DNA of 64,000 nucleotides from Albugo candida (lineage: Eukaryota): positions 124,001 to 188,000 of the forward strand of contig JBDOQK010000049.1 in NCBI GenBank assembly GCA_040437565.1, read 5' to 3'. This document shows, in pieces, positions 46,995 to 60,052 of this stretch. How positions within the stretch are numbered: the first letter of the stretch is position 1; every line of letters starts with the position of its first letter. The notes under the pieces were generated by a model that was given only the letters and a program-made list of their open reading frames with translations, did not search any database and was not told the DNA's origin. Both the position numbers and the translations under genes were made by a program.

Positions 46995-49115
46995 TTAAAG
47001 TGTATTTTCACCGCCAGAATTCGCGACAGGAGCGATGGCATTGTACCAAATTGGATTCACTCGTAATCGTCCGATAAAAATCGTTGGACCGATGAAATCA
47101 TTGAGTTGACGGATGCAGTTTCGAGCCGCGAATTTCGCCAGCCGATTGCTTCCTTCTAACGTGAAGACCAATGGATCGAAAAACAGCTCCAAATAGCGTT
47201 TAAATACTTTTTTTCCAAGCGCTTTGGCCATCAAAACAAGTTGTTTCCAAATAGTTTCCTGCAGTGTCGCTGTTTGAGGAAAATGACGCAGGATTGCAAC
47301 ATCAGCGATGGATGGCAGGAATTCCACCGCTACGTCTGGAGCGACGACACAAAGCTCTCGGACGAGGTAAATCGCACCATCAGAATGCTCCCATAATGTT
47401 TTCGATCGTTTCTTGGGCCGCTCGAGAAACTTTGGCTCAAGCGAGCAACACGAAAATGCTTGTTTGCTATGATGCTTCTTCTCCGATTGAAGGATGGTGT
47501 CGTACTCTGCTTGTGACATTGGAGCTTGTTTCTTTGCCATTTGTAAAAACTCTTTTGTGATATTGTTCACACGATCTAGAGCTTTGGCCCCGTACGCCCG
47601 AATCACATTTCCAAGCGCAATTGCAGCATCTTCACGGATCGACCAAATCTCGTCCGATAAATGGTCAAACCACAACGAATAGAGTTCGTCCAGATACGGT
47701 CTTGATTCTTCAGCGAATCCAACCACGAATTTGCCCGTGCTCACACAAGCTGCATCTCTCACTATCCAAGAGCTATCGCGAAAGCATGTGAGAAGCGCTT
47801 GCATCAGACGTTGTACGTGTTTTCGAATCGCAGCCGTATCCACCTTGGAGGCGAGTTCAGCGATACAGTAACAAGCGGCTTCTCTCACGCAGTGATTTGT
47901 CATTTCGACATAGTAATCCACAATGAAATCAGCATATTTCGCAACAATATGTCGGCCTTGATCTCCCATTACGAGCTGCCATGTTTCCTGTGAGTGCTTC
48001 TGGACGCGTTCCGCGACATAGTACCGATTGAAGCACAATCGTGGGACCAAGTCAGGATAGTACTCTTCTCGATTTTGGTCGTTCAGCTTTAGGAGAAAAG
48101 CTCGGACGGAGATGGATGCAGCATAACGCACTTGACTCCAGTTGTCTTGAAGACCTCGAACGATACACGCCGACAGTCTTTGTGTGAATGTTTGAGCACG
48201 ACAGAGACATTCTGACGTTGCAACAGTACACAGAACCGATACTATATCGAGTCCGACAACACGAACGTGGCGATTGACATGAAAAACGCTTTGAATTGTA
48301 AGCAAATCAAACAATGGAGCATTTAGATATTGGAATGGCCAATCGCCTTTTACAGAATTTGAGTCGGATTCCAATAGAAACATTTCCCCATTTCCTTCGA
48401 TAATGTATTTCCATGCACAAAGTGACGTCTCTAAAGCTTTCCAACCGCTCACATCGTCCAATCGATGCGGAGTCGATGGCGTTTTAGGCGTTGATGGTAA
48501 TGATTCCATCCCATTCATACTGATATTATCATCTTCAGCACCGGATTCTTCGAAATCAGGTGACCGTTGCATATTACAAACAATCGACTCGATAATTGTG
48601 TCAGAAAAAGTGCCAAAAACCCACACAAAATCCCATTTAGCAAGTCTTCCAAGCAGCTTTCCAATCTCCAAACGTACGCGCGGCTCCCAGTGCTCCAAAT
48701 TTTCCTTTACAGCGCGTCCAATTGTGCTTTTGAGAAACTCATCGGACAGCAGGCACTGCGATGCGTTCAAATGCATTCCGTCTTCATCGCTTTTAACAGC
48801 GTTTCCGAGCTCCATTTCGCCTGCAGCGGTAGTGATTCCGTCTACCCTTTGATTATCGGAGCGAAAGCGAGCGTTCAGACAGTCTTGGACCACTTTGGAA
48901 GCTAACGCGATCGGTTCCCATCGGTTTTCTTCGGTAGCAATTGTCAATAAATTCTGTAATTCCTGCTCTAATAAAGCGTTTTGAACGACGTTTTCATGCC
49001 TATCATGTTCGTATAATATAGCTTGTATGGATTTGGCAACGTTTTTCACCTCTTTCGACACGTTGGGGCGGAAATGAATCGTACAAAGTGCTGATTTTGC
49101 GCTCGATAGATTCAT
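46995..49115 (-). CDS. HEAT/ARM-repeat protein
   Basis: Repeated HEAT motifs: WEPRVR, NRHVR, DNWSQVR, NHCVREAA, DSSWIVRDAA, DEIWSIREDAA. First ATG at 49115. Confidence 0.88.
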   Translation of the reverse strand: MNLSSAKSALCTIHFRPNVSKEVKNVAKSIQAILYEHDRHENVVQNALLEQELQNLLTIATEENRWEPIALASKVVQDCLNARFRSDNQRVDGITTAAGEMELGNAVKSDEDGMHLNASQCLLSDEFLKSTIGRAVKENLEHWEPRVRLEIGKLLGRLAKWDFVWVFGTFSDTIIESIVCNMQRSPDFEESGAEDDNISMNGMESLPSTPKTPSTPHRLDDVSGWKALETSLCAWKYIIEGNGEMFLLESDSNSVKGDWPFQYLNAPLFDLLTIQSVFHVNRHVRVVGLDIVSVLCTVATSECLCRAQTFTQRLSACIVRGLQDNWSQVRYAASISVRAFLLKLNDQNREEYYPDLVPRLCFNRYYVAERVQKHSQETWQLVMGDQGRHIVAKYADFIVDYYVEMTNHCVREAACYCIAELASKVDTAAIRKHVQRLMQALLTCFRDSSWIVRDAACVSTGKFVVGFAEESRPYLDELYSLWFDHLSDEIWSIREDAAIALGNVIRAYGAKALDRVNNITKEFLQMAKKQAPMSQAEYDTILQSEKKHHSKQAFSCCSLEPKFLERPKKRSKTLWEHSDGAIYLVRELCVVAPDVAVEFLPSIADVAILRHFPQTATLQETIWKQLVLMAKALGKKVFKRYLELFFDPLVFTLEGSNRLAKFAARNCIRQLNDFIGPTIFIGRLRVNPIWYNAIAPVANSGGENTL

Positions 49116-52100
49116 CGGAGATTTTCGTGACAGCGTTAAGAACACTTAACAGACGCTCCTATTATATTGCTTTTTCAATGCGAACGCGCCGCGGAAATCG
49201 TTTTCTTGCAATATGTGGCCATTGTATACAGCTCTGTTCAATCTCAGCCTCCTTACTATCGCTTTTATAACGTACTTGAACTACGCGTGCTAATTTATGG
49301 CATCGAATCCATTGTTTCGGTGTCATTGCTTTAGGCTCAACATTGCTGGTATTTTGCGAGTTTTCACAGAGTCCAATTTCGGATGCGATACCATTAGAAT
49401 CATCCGAAATGAGAAAGCTCTGTTTCAATTGCTGTATTATATCGTGAATGGGACCTATTGGGGCGCAGTATCGGTTCAATCGAATGTAAAAATGAGACAT
49501 AATTCGCTGCAAGTCGCATGAAGGAATTTGATTTCCACGAACATCAATCCATACAATATGGTGCAATTGAGATACTGACTGCATCAGTGGCATAATGGTA
49601 CGTTGAATCCTATTGTTACAAAGTAAAAGCAAGCGTAGCGATGTGCCTTTCGCGCAGTTTAAAAGAGCTCTCGCACCCGAGCTGCTAATCTGATTATCCG
49701 ATACATTCAGTACGAGAAGATTTTCAGTCTTTTGAATGCCCTGAGCGAGTAATTCTGCTCCACGATCTCCAATTTGATTCCCATGCAAGTCGATGTATTG
49801 TAATGTGTTCGATTTGAGCGCTTCTTTCAGCATTTGGATGTGTGGATCAGCCAATTGGACTTTAAGCAAAGAAATATATCGCAAGTGATTTGCAAAGAGT
49901 TTGAGAGCGATCTCTGTAGCGTGCAATATCTCAATCGAATGGATAGTATCAACTTGGAGGAATAATGTGTCCAAAGACGATCGTAGCCCTCGTAGCTTTT
50001 GGATCACAGAACTAATGGAATCCACGTTATGGCCATAACGCTGACCTTGATTGTTGTCAGAAGAATCACAAGAGCAAGTACTGGATGTATGATTGGAAAA
50101 GAAGCTTGCCCGAATTGCCAGCTGCTTGAAGGATTGCTTTTTATTATTTTGAATAGCACACAAAATGGAGTAAAAATGACTGATGGAAATGTGCCCACCA
50201 TCGATAACGACACAATGGAGAGTATGGCTGTATCGAATGACCGCAATCAAAGTGTACAAAATGCAGCAATTGCATTCTTTGACAATAATGGTTTTGTATC
50301 GAAACAAACGAGATTTATCGTCAAAGGGAAATCGACTCTGAACGATAAGCGAAGGACCAAAACGCTCTGTTTGATCCCCCACCAAAGAATCAATGGGACT
50401 CGGATAAGAGATTGGTTTCACGCGATCCAACTCCCTTTTCAATNNNNNNNNNNNNNNNNNNNNNNNNNNNNNNNNNNNNNNNNNNNNNNNNNNNNNNNNN
50501 NNNNNNNNNNNNNNNNNNNNNNNNNNNNNNNNNNNNNNNNNNNGAGCCGCGAATTTCGCCAGCCGATTGCTTCCTTCTAACGTGAAGACCAATGGATCGA
50601 AAAACAGCTCCAAATAGCGTTTAAATACTTTTTTTCCAAGCGCTTTGGCCATCAAAACAAGTTGTTTCCAAATAGTTTCCTGCAGTGTCGCTGTTTGAGG
50701 AAAATGACGCAGGATTGCAACATCAGCGATGGATGGCAGGAATTCCACCGCTACGTCTGGAGCGACGACACAAAGCTCTCGGACGAGGTAAATCGCACCA
50801 TCAGAATGCTCCCATAATGTTTTCGATCGTTTCTTGGGCCGCTCGAGAAACTTTGGCTCAAGCGAGCAACACGAAAATGCTTGTTTGCTATGATGCTTCT
50901 TCTCCGATTGAAGGATGGTGTCGTACTCTGCTTGTGACATTGGAGCTTGTTTCTTTGCCATTTGTAAAAACTCTTTTGTGATATTGTTCACACGATCTAG
51001 AGCTTTGGCCCCGTACGCCCGAATCACATTTCCAAGCGCAATTGCAGCATCTTCACGGATCGACCAAATCTCGTCCGATAAATGGTCAAACCACAACGAA
51101 TAGAGTTCGTCCAGATACGGTCTTGATTCTTCAGCGAATCCAACCACGAATTTGCCCGTGCTCACACAAGCTGCATCTCTCACTATCCAAGAGCTATCGC
51201 GAAAGCATGTGAGAAGCGCTTGCATCAGACGTTGTACGTGTTTTCGAATCGCAGCCGTATCCACCTTGGAGGCGAGTTCAGCGATACAGTAACAAGCGGC
51301 TTCTCTCACGCAGTGATTTGTCATTTCGACATAGTAATCCACAATGAAATCAGCATATTTCGCAACAATATGTCGGCCTTGATCTCCCATTACGAGCTGC
51401 CATGTTTCCTGTGAGTGCTTCTGGACGCGTTCCGCGACATAGTACCGATTGAAGCACAATCGTGGGACCAAGTCAGGATAGTACTCTTCTCGATTTTGGT
51501 CGTTCAGCTTTAGGAGAAAAGCTCGGACGGAGATGGATGCAGCATAACGCACTTGACTCCAGTTGTCTTGAAGACCTCGAACGATACACGCCGACAGTCT
51601 TTGTGTGAATGTTTGAGCACGACAGAGACATTCTGACGTTGCAACAGTACACAGAACCGATACTATATCGAGTCCGACAACACGAACGTGGCGATTGACA
51701 TGAAAAACGCTTTGAATTGTAAGCAAATCAAACAATGGAGCATTTAGATATTGGAATGGCCAATCGCCTTTTACAGAATTTGAGTCGGATTCCAATAGAA
51801 ACATTTCCCCATTTCCTTCGATAATGTATTTCCATGCACAAAGTGACGTCTCTAAAGCTTTCCAACCGCTCACATCGTCCAATCGATGCGGAGTCGATGG
51901 CGTTTTAGGCGTTGATGGTAATGATTCCATCCCATTCATACTGATATTATCATCTTCAGCACCGGATTCTTCGAAATCAGGTGACCGTTGCATATTACAA
52001 ACAATCGACTCGATAATTGTGTCAGAAAAAGTGCCAAAAACCCACACAAAATCCCATTTAGCAAGTCTTCCAAGCAGCTTTCCAATCTCCAAACGTACGC

Positions 52101-53864
52101 GCGGCTCCCAGTGCTCCAAATTTTCCTTTACAGCGCGTCCAATTGTGCTTTTGAGAAACTCATCGGACAGCAGGCACTGCGATGCGTTCAAATGCATTCC
52201 GTCTTCATCGCTTTTAACAGCGTTTCCGAGCTCCATTTCGCCTGCAGCGGTAGTGATTCCGTCTACCCTTTGATTATCGGAGCGAAAGCGAGCGTTCAGA
52301 CAGTCTTGGACCACTTTGGAAGCTAACGCGATCGGTTCCCATCGGTTTTCTTCGGTAGCAATTGTCAATAAATTCTGTAATTCCTGCTCTAATAAAGCGT
52401 TTTGAACGACGTTTTCATGCCTATCATGTTCGTATAATATAGCTTGTATGGATTTGGCAACGTTTTTCACCTCTTTCGACACGTTGGGGCGGAAATGAAT
52501 CGTACAAAGTGCTGATTTTGCGCTCGATAGATTCATCGGAGATTTTCGTGACAGCGTTAAGAACACTTAACAGACGCTCCTATTATATTGCTTTTTCAAT
52601 GCGAACGCGCCGCGGAAATCGTTTTCTTGCAATATGTGGCCATTGTATACAGCTCTGTTCAATCTCAGCCTCCTTACTATCGCTTTTATAACGTACTTGA
52701 ACTACGCGTGCTAATTTATGGCATCGAATCCATTGTTTCGGTGTCATTGCTTTAGGCTCAACATTGCTGGTATTTTGCGAGTTTTCACAGAGTCCAATTT
52801 CGGATGCGATACCATTAGAATCATCCGAAATGAGAAAGCTCTGTTTCAATTGCTGTATTATATCGTGAATGGGACCTATTGGGGCGCAGTATCGGTTCAA
52901 TCGAATGTAAAAATGAGACATAATTCGCTGCAAGTCGCATGAAGGAATTTGATTTCCACGAACATCAATCCATACAATATGGTGCAATTGAGATACTGAC
53001 TGCATCAGTGGCATAATGGTACGTTGAATCCTATTGTTACAAAGTAAAAGCAAGCGTAGCGATGTGCCTTTCGCGCAGTTTAAAAGAGCTCTCGCACCCG
53101 AGCTGCTAATCTGATTATCCGATACATTCAGTACGAGAAGATTTTCAGTCTTTTGAATGCCCTGAGCGAGTAATTCTGCTCCACGATCTCCAATTTGATT
53201 CCCATGCAAGTCGATGTATTGTAATGTGTTCGATTTGAGCGCTTCTTTCAGCATTTGGATGTGTGGATCAGCCAATTGGACTTTAAGCAAAGAAATATAT
53301 CGCAAGTGATTTGCAAAGAGTTTGAGAGCGATCTCTGTAGCGTGCAATATCTCAATCGAATGGATAGTATCAACTTGGAGGAATAATGTGTCCAAAGACG
53401 ATCGTAGCCCTCGTAGCTTTTGGATCACAGAACTAATGGAATCCACGTTATGGCCATAACGCTGACCTTGATTGTTGTCAGAAGAATCACAAGAGCAAGT
53501 ACTGGATGTATGATTGGAAAAGAAGCTTGCCCGAATTGCCAGCTGCTTGAAGGATTGCTTTTTATTATTTTGAATAGCACACAAAATGGAGTAAAAATGA
53601 CTGATGGAAATGTGCCCACCATCGATAACGACACAATGGAGAGTATGGCTGTATCGAATGACCGCAATCAAAGTGTACAAAATGCAGCAATTGCATTCTT
53701 TGACAATAATGGTTTTGTATCGAAACAAACGAGATTTATCGTCAAAGGGAAATCGACTCTGAACGATAAGCGAAGGACCAAAACGCTCTGTTTGATCCCC
53801 CACCAAAGAATCAATGGGACTCGGATAAGAGATTGGTTTCACGCGATCCAACTCCCTTTTCAAT
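47123..53864. other. 3.3-kb duplication across gap 50444-50543 (probable assembly overlap)
   Basis: 47123-50443 matches 50544-53864 (offset 3421). Each copy is truncated exactly at the gap. Confidence 0.85.
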
Positions 53865-56800
53865 TGATGGAAAAACGATTGAATCGTCCGGGCTGATCGG
53901 TCTAATATCGCATCAGGTGTGTAATTGGAGTCGAATCTCGTCGCATCGGCCTTAATCAACCCACAAGCAAGTAAACCATCGTTTCGAGATTTAGCATACC
54001 GACGGAACAGCCTTTGGATGCATGAAGCACTGCGTAAGGCTTCAATATCGATCAATGGCTCATGAGCAATTGCTTCCAATAATGTCCTAAGAACGGGCTC
54101 CACCAAAGTAATCAGGCAGGATGGAGCAATTCCTGTTGAATGAATCGCGTGTTGGGCTTCATTCCGGATCTCAGGGTCAGGCTGCAGCAATATCTCAGCG
54201 ACATTCCTCCGTTTTCGATCAGCAATACGTTCGCTCAAACTCGAAATCAATCGTTTGCTCTTGAACCATCGTTGAAGACATAAAACTGCAGCATTTCTCC
54301 TACTCGTATCTTCGTATCTCACAATGTTCTGACAGCAAATTTTGATTTCCTAACAAGCAAAATGCGTCAATGTATGCTGTAAATCGCCTAATGAGCGAGA
54401 ATTGCACCATTTTATGAGAATTGTCATATTGCCATTTGTAAACCAAATGCGATATTTTAGCCCGCAAATTCGATTTTCGAATCCATTTTTGTATCCGATA
54501 GGCGGAAGCTTCTTCAGCGGCAAGCCTAACGCCATACTTGCTCCCATACACTTGTACTAAATGGAGCCTTGCTGCTTTATCGTATGGATTGGCGAAATAC
54601 GATACCTCAGCCTCCTCCTGCCTCCTCCTTTTACATCTCGCCAATTTATCCCGTACAAGCATCCCTCGTACCATACGTGCGATTTCATTCTGAGATGCAT
54701 CTTCACGATCAAATTGAGGTCTATGAACGAATGCGTGAGTCTATGAGCAGCAGCACATCCTTAAACAGAGCTGAGACGCACTGCCATTTGGTCGGAAACC
54801 AGGCTTTTAAATTCTCACGCGTTTCGTTATTGTATGGCGATATAAAGTAGCAGCATTCCATCGCACGAATTGCAAATTCCATCTGATTCATTCGATGATA
54901 TGTGCTTGCAAGCGTTTTAACTGCAGTCAAATTCTCTTTTCCATACAAATTCAATTCCAGCGCATGAAGTAGCGCATCGATCACAAAGATTGGGGCGTCA
55001 TAAGAACTGCTTGAGAACAAATCTGCCCATTTTACAAAACTCTTTGTGGAAAGCTCTTCCTTTTTCGTATCGATGAGATAACTCGACCCAAAAACGTTCC
55101 GGAAATGCAGGAAGAGTTCATAATAGCAACGGTCTGTGCTTTGTTTCATGTCATGTGATGCATCCGAGCCGGCAATCTCAGCTTTTGACTCGAAGCTCCG
55201 AGCTCGGAGATACAAAATGAGCGTGTAGTAAGTCGGGATGCTAGTGAAGCCATGACCTGAGAGAAGCCTCGCGGTCATCTCAATGCACTCGTCCAGTAAT
55301 GAAAGCCGCATTTGATCGTTCAAAGTGCTGAGAATACGTACCTCCCCGGCCTCACCGTTGAGATTTTTTTGACACATTGCGAAAAAAAACTGAATGGAAA
55401 CCGCACGAAAAATGAACTGACAATAAAGAGACGAAGTTGGAAACTCAGTCTGCAGATAGCAGCAAACCTCATACGCCGATGCTAATGCCCCAATTGTCTC
55501 GAGAACGTACTCGTATNNNNNNNNNNNNNNNNNNNNNNNNNNNNNNNNNNNNNNNNNNNNNNNNNNNNNNNNNNNNNNNNNNNNNNNNNNNNNNNNNNNN
55601 NNNNNNNNNNNNNNNNGTACCATACGTGCGATTTCATTCTGAGATGCATCTTCACGATCAAATTGAGGTCTATGAACGAATGCGTGAGTCTATGAGCAGC
55701 AGCACATCCTTAAACAGAGCTGAGACGCACTGCCATTTGGTCGGAAACCAGGCTTTTAAATTCTCACGCGTTTCGTTATTGTATGGCGATATAAAGTAGC
55801 AGCATTCCATCGCACGAATTGCAAATTCCATCTGATTCATTCGATGATATGTGCTTGCAAGCGTTTTAACTGCAGTCAAATTCTCTTTTCCATACAAATT
55901 CAATTCCAGCGCATGAAGTAGCGCATCGATCACAAAGATTGGGGCGTCATAAGAACTGCTTGAGAACAAATCTGCCCATTTTACAAAACTCTTTGTGGAA
56001 AGCTCTTCCTTTTTCGTATCGATGAGATAACTCGACCCAAAAACGTTCCGGAAATGCAGGAAGAGTTCATAATAGCAACGGTCTGTGCTTTGTTTCATGT
56101 CATGTGATGCATCCGAGCCGGCAATCTCAGCTTTTGACTCGAAGCTCCGAGCTCGGAGATACAAAATGAGCGTGTAGTAAGTCGGGATGCTAGTGAAGCC
56201 ATGACCTGAGAGAAGCCTCGCGGTCATCTCAATGCACTCGTCCAGTAATGAAAGCCGCATTTGATCGTTCAAAGTGCTGAGAATACGTACCTCCCCGGCC
56301 TCACCGTTGAGATTTTTTTGACACATTGCGAAAAAAAACTGAATGGAAACCGCACGAAAAATGAACTGACAATAAAGAGACGAAGTTGGAAACTCAGTAT
56401 GCAGATAGCAGCAAACCTCATACGCCGATGCTAATGCCCCAATTGTCTCGAGAACGTACTCGTATTCGTAAAGCACACTTGCATCAGCGAGGTACTCCAC
56501 ATGCTGCAGGGTAGCCTCGAGAGCTCTACGTGCTTTCCACAACGCCTCCCAGTTTGCAGTCTCCTTCCAAATGTGTAGATAGCATTGTGACAATCTTCTC
56601 CACACTAACGATGGAGCTGGTTTTGTGTCCGAGTTGTGGAGAGAGATCGCTACTTCATAGCGATGCGCTGCACGCTGATAATCATTCAAATGATACAGCA
56701 AATGCGCGTATCTTCGCTGTCGCCATGGTCGATTGGGATCCTTCTTCAGTATGGTCTCATGACAGAGGCACATGACACGATAAACGGCTCTGCGCCACAA

Positions 56801-56896
56801 GCTCCGAGAACAGAATGCATTTCCTTGATAAGCGTTCAGGCTGCTTTGGGCTTTTTTCCCCCGAGCATCCGAATCTGTCATTGCTACTCCTTCCAT
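52583..56896 (-). CDS. Large TPR-like + IQ-motif + RNI-like LRR protein (multi-exon; exon limits uncertain)
   Basis: Helical TPR-like N-terminus (56896-55670); IQ-like motifs IQKWIR, LQRWFK, IQRLFR, IQSFF; LRRs LQYIDLHGNQIGDRGAELLA and LNVSDNQISSSGA. 54668-55516 duplicates 55617-56465 across a gap. Could be two genes. Confidence 0.7.
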
Positions 56897-57069
56897 TCTG
56901 CTACAGAACTAAATACAGCCGAGTGCTATGTCGTTATAATTAGAAAGCAAGACGAACCGTTGAGTGACGAAGAGCGATACCCCGATACAAATTCTTACTT
57001 TATTGTTTTGGACGACTGGCTACCCGGCTCTACCAACTCGTCCTCGCTTTGATACTTTGCCAGCGCGAT

Positions 57070-57576
57070 ATGGAGGAACACGACTTCGAGCTCGCCGCTC
57101 CAGCAGGTAGTCTCTCATCAGGCGATTCTACCTCCGAGAGCAAGCAGCATATGGGTTCAGCCCCCAGCGGCGGTAGAGTAGATTCTTTACGAAGGCCTAG
57201 GGAAGGCTTTTGCAGTAGAAAACGTATCGGACTGAAAATAAATGCCGATTTGAATGTGGCGTCTGATAGCAGTCTCACAGACAAGCCGTCTGAAGCAAGT
57301 GTTGGAGATCACGCACATCAAAGTAGAGACACTACTGATACTCCTTGGTGGATCATGGAATACCAGTGTCCTCCACCAGGTCATCTCGGTGCGCATAGTG
57401 TCGATGTGCCTTTGGTTCAGCAGATTTCGGATGCACCCGCTATCACGGCTTTACAAAAGGGATTTCACGTCAGAGGACTCATAAAGACTGAGACACAAAA
57501 TCGCTTGACCACGGAACAATCGCTGGATATTCATCCCTATAGCAGCTATAGTAACTATCGATGCGCTTGGAGCTGA
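57070..57576 (+). CDS. Hypothetical protein (first exon; probably spliced downstream)
   Basis: ATG 57070, divergent from 56896. Candidate acceptor ttttttgtag at about 57607. Confidence 0.45.
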   Translation: MEEHDFELAAPAGSLSSGDSTSESKQHMGSAPSGGRVDSLRRPREGFCSRKRIGLKINADLNVASDSSLTDKPSEASVGDHAHQSRDTTDTPWWIMEYQCPPPGHLGAHSVDVPLVQQISDAPAITALQKGFHVRGLIKTETQNRLTTEQSLDIHPYSSYSNYRCAWS

Positions 57577-58042
57577 GTAATGATTCGTACTGAGATTTTT
57601 TTGTAGAACACAGCCCAGGTCAAAAGCGAAAGTTTGGAGCGACTGAAAAGGGAGAGGAGCTCAATAGTCCATCCATAATAGCTTCAAAAGAGCTCAAGCA
57701 CTGTCATCTCACAAGCAGGTCGGTCACTGCGATTGTCTTCCACACACTTTCTATAAGCTTTCATTTCAGTTGCCAGATGTTAGAGACGCCACCGCTCAAT
57801 GATGTGAAAGGCGATTTATTCCCTGATTTAACAATCATAACTCCGACTAAAGGAGCCATCGCAATTAAGGAAGCCGACACCCGGACTGCAGATGGACCCA
57901 AATCCACACATAATTTGGCGCGAACGATTTGAATCCGACTTCAATATCTGACATTTCATATAATGACTGCAAAGCTTGCAAAGACCAAGAGCTCTGATAA
58001 GGGAATAGCATCTGATCCGACCTCTGATGCTGACGGAATGGA

Positions 58043-60052
58043 TCATCTCCATATCTGTCTGAGCAGAGTATTCAGTAGCTTTGCGACTTGATCGGAGCTC
58101 GAGCAAGCCAATTGTACCAAATCTTTCCTCAACGGCCAAAGGAATGGGTTCATTTCCGAGCAGTTTGATAAATTCAATAGAGTACCACCGGCCATACGCT
58201 GTAGCTTTTCTTGTTGCGTCTGGTTTGAAGATATCGATAAGAGCATCATAATTCGAGAGAGGCAAGAAGGATGCTTTCCAATTGCTACTTTGACTTTTCG
58301 ATCCAGTTTTGAAAGATGATACAGCACACATAGCGCTGCCTGGCTGATCTCCCAGTCGATAGCTTCAGCTTCTGCATTCCATGTTGGTTCCGTCCAAGCG
58401 TGCCGACTACCATGAAGCCGCTCTTTTGCATTTCGAGTGTAGGAAAATACCCTTCCAGGCTCAAATGTATCGACGGGAAGACCGTCTTTTTCCCACGGCG
58501 TACGCCATGTTTTGTGTCTTTTTGAGCCAAAACTTTCAATCTGCTCATTACTCATCACGCCATATTCCATTTCTTCGCTTTCAGAGGAAGTGCAGTCCAT
58601 ATCCAATGTTTCATTCTCTAGCGGATCAAAGCGTCGACGTTTTCGACTCGGAAACATTGTATGAGAACAAGCAACGAGCACGACGATACAGTCGATGAAA
58701 GTTGTTTGTTCTACTGTTTTGCTTGTCTGCAACGCATCATGGAGCATGGAGTTCTGAGCGATCGCCCAGAGAATATTCAATACGCGGAGAACAGTATCTT
58801 TGCTTGCACGTGAGCTCTGATACACCCCAGCAGTCTGGCTTAATTGATCCGCCAAGAGTGCATGCAGTTGTTGTAGTAGGTACTCAAGAGGCAGAATTCC
58901 TTCGCCTTCATACAGCTGCAAAGCTACAGGCTTGGTCACGTTTCTCCATGAAGATTGATGCGCACTGTGAATAGGATTCAGCTGATAAAAATCAATTCGT
59001 CGGGTCACGCGTCCAAGAATGTCCAGTGCGTACTGACTTGGGATTTCCAGTTCGGCTTGTGATGTTTTTATCAAACCTATGCAGTACATCATGATGTCGG
59101 AGTGTTCTGCCACCGGCTTTTCGTTCTCTTTGGAGGTCAGCACGAGATTCCGAATGATATTGAGAATGACGAGCGCCTTGTGGTCCAGAATCGCTCGGTC
59201 TTGGATAGTTGTACTCAAATTTAGACACTTGACTTGACCATTCCACTGCGAAAATTCATCCTCAGCCTTCTTCCATGGGAAGATGGGTGCCTCACATTGT
59301 TCCAATTGCCGACACAATGCGTCGAGAAGGCCCGGAACAAGATATACAAACAGGATGGGACTGTCATCACCACGTCCATGTTGACTTCTGCAGGATAAAA
59401 TAACAAGTGCATGTAGAGCCCTGGCTACCTCGCAGGGAACATTTGAGTCCAGAGCTAAAACTAGGCTGTGGAACGCTCCAAGATCAGCGTGCATTCGCCA
59501 CTGAGACTTAAGCCGTTTTGAGGAATCCGGTAGAGGTGTGCCGCAAGCGTTGGGGGCTTCCTGAAGCTCGATTGAAGTCGCGATTCGCTCCAATTTGTCA
59601 TCTTTACTGGGATCCTCACATGTATGATCACCTGTAATTAATGATGTACCCGTATAAATCGGTTTTCCTGTAGAACCGAATATCTGATGTCGAGCAAATT
59701 GCTCGAAATGCGAATGGAATATTGACGCAATTCGAGACAAACTGATTCCGTCTTTGTACAGCGCTGAAAAGTTCTTTTGTAATAAATCCCTCCAAAATGA
59801 CGTTCTGCTTGTTTTGTTTATGCCATCATTCGCCTGAAAGGCTTCATATATGGCAATCCAATCGACAGGAAGCAATCGCGTTGTGCCTTTTAAATGAGTT
59901 GGGAGCGATTGGAGAGTTTTATAAGAATTGATGGATTTGAGGTATTCCAAATAGTCAGAAAGTATAAGTTCTTTTCCCGCATTTTTATGGCAGTTTGATC
60001 GAAGGTGAGCAATAACTTTTGCTGAAGACGAAGCCGTCGCAACATCATTCAT
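58043..60052 (-). CDS. ARID1/ARID2(Rsc9)-like SWI/SNF scaffold protein with armadillo-type C-terminus
   Basis: Degenerate ARID-like segment (VDWIAIYEAFQANDG..FWRDL). SLVLALDSNVPCEVARALHALVILS and ALVILNIIRNL..NE resemble ARID2/BAF250 conserved blocks. Confidence 0.6.
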   Translation of the reverse strand: MNDVATASSSAKVIAHLRSNCHKNAGKELILSDYLEYLKSINSYKTLQSLPTHLKGTTRLLPVDWIAIYEAFQANDGINKTSRTSFWRDLLQKNFSALYKDGISLSRIASIFHSHFEQFARHQIFGSTGKPIYTGTSLITGDHTCEDPSKDDKLERIATSIELQEAPNACGTPLPDSSKRLKSQWRMHADLGAFHSLVLALDSNVPCEVARALHALVILSCRSQHGRGDDSPILFVYLVPGLLDALCRQLEQCEAPIFPWKKAEDEFSQWNGQVKCLNLSTTIQDRAILDHKALVILNIIRNLVLTSKENEKPVAEHSDIMMYCIGLIKTSQAELEIPSQYALDILGRVTRRIDFYQLNPIHSAHQSSWRNVTKPVALQLYEGEGILPLEYLLQQLHALLADQLSQTAGVYQSSRASKDTVLRVLNILWAIAQNSMLHDALQTSKTVEQTTFIDCIVVLVACSHTMFPSRKRRRFDPLENETLDMDCTSSESEEMEYGVMSNEQIESFGSKRHKTWRTPWEKDGLPVDTFEPGRVFSYTRNAKERLHGSRHAWTEPTWNAEAEAIDWEISQAALCVLYHLSKLDRKVKVAIGKHPSCLSRIMMLLSISSNQTQQEKLQRMAGGTLLNLSNCSEMNPFLWPLRKDLVQLACSSSDQVAKLLNTLLRQIWR

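Noticed and set aside
49162-52566. 1134-aa HEAT-LRR fusion ORF
   Set aside because: It reads through a 100-N gap joining two truncated duplicates; both parts exist as separate intact genes on either side.
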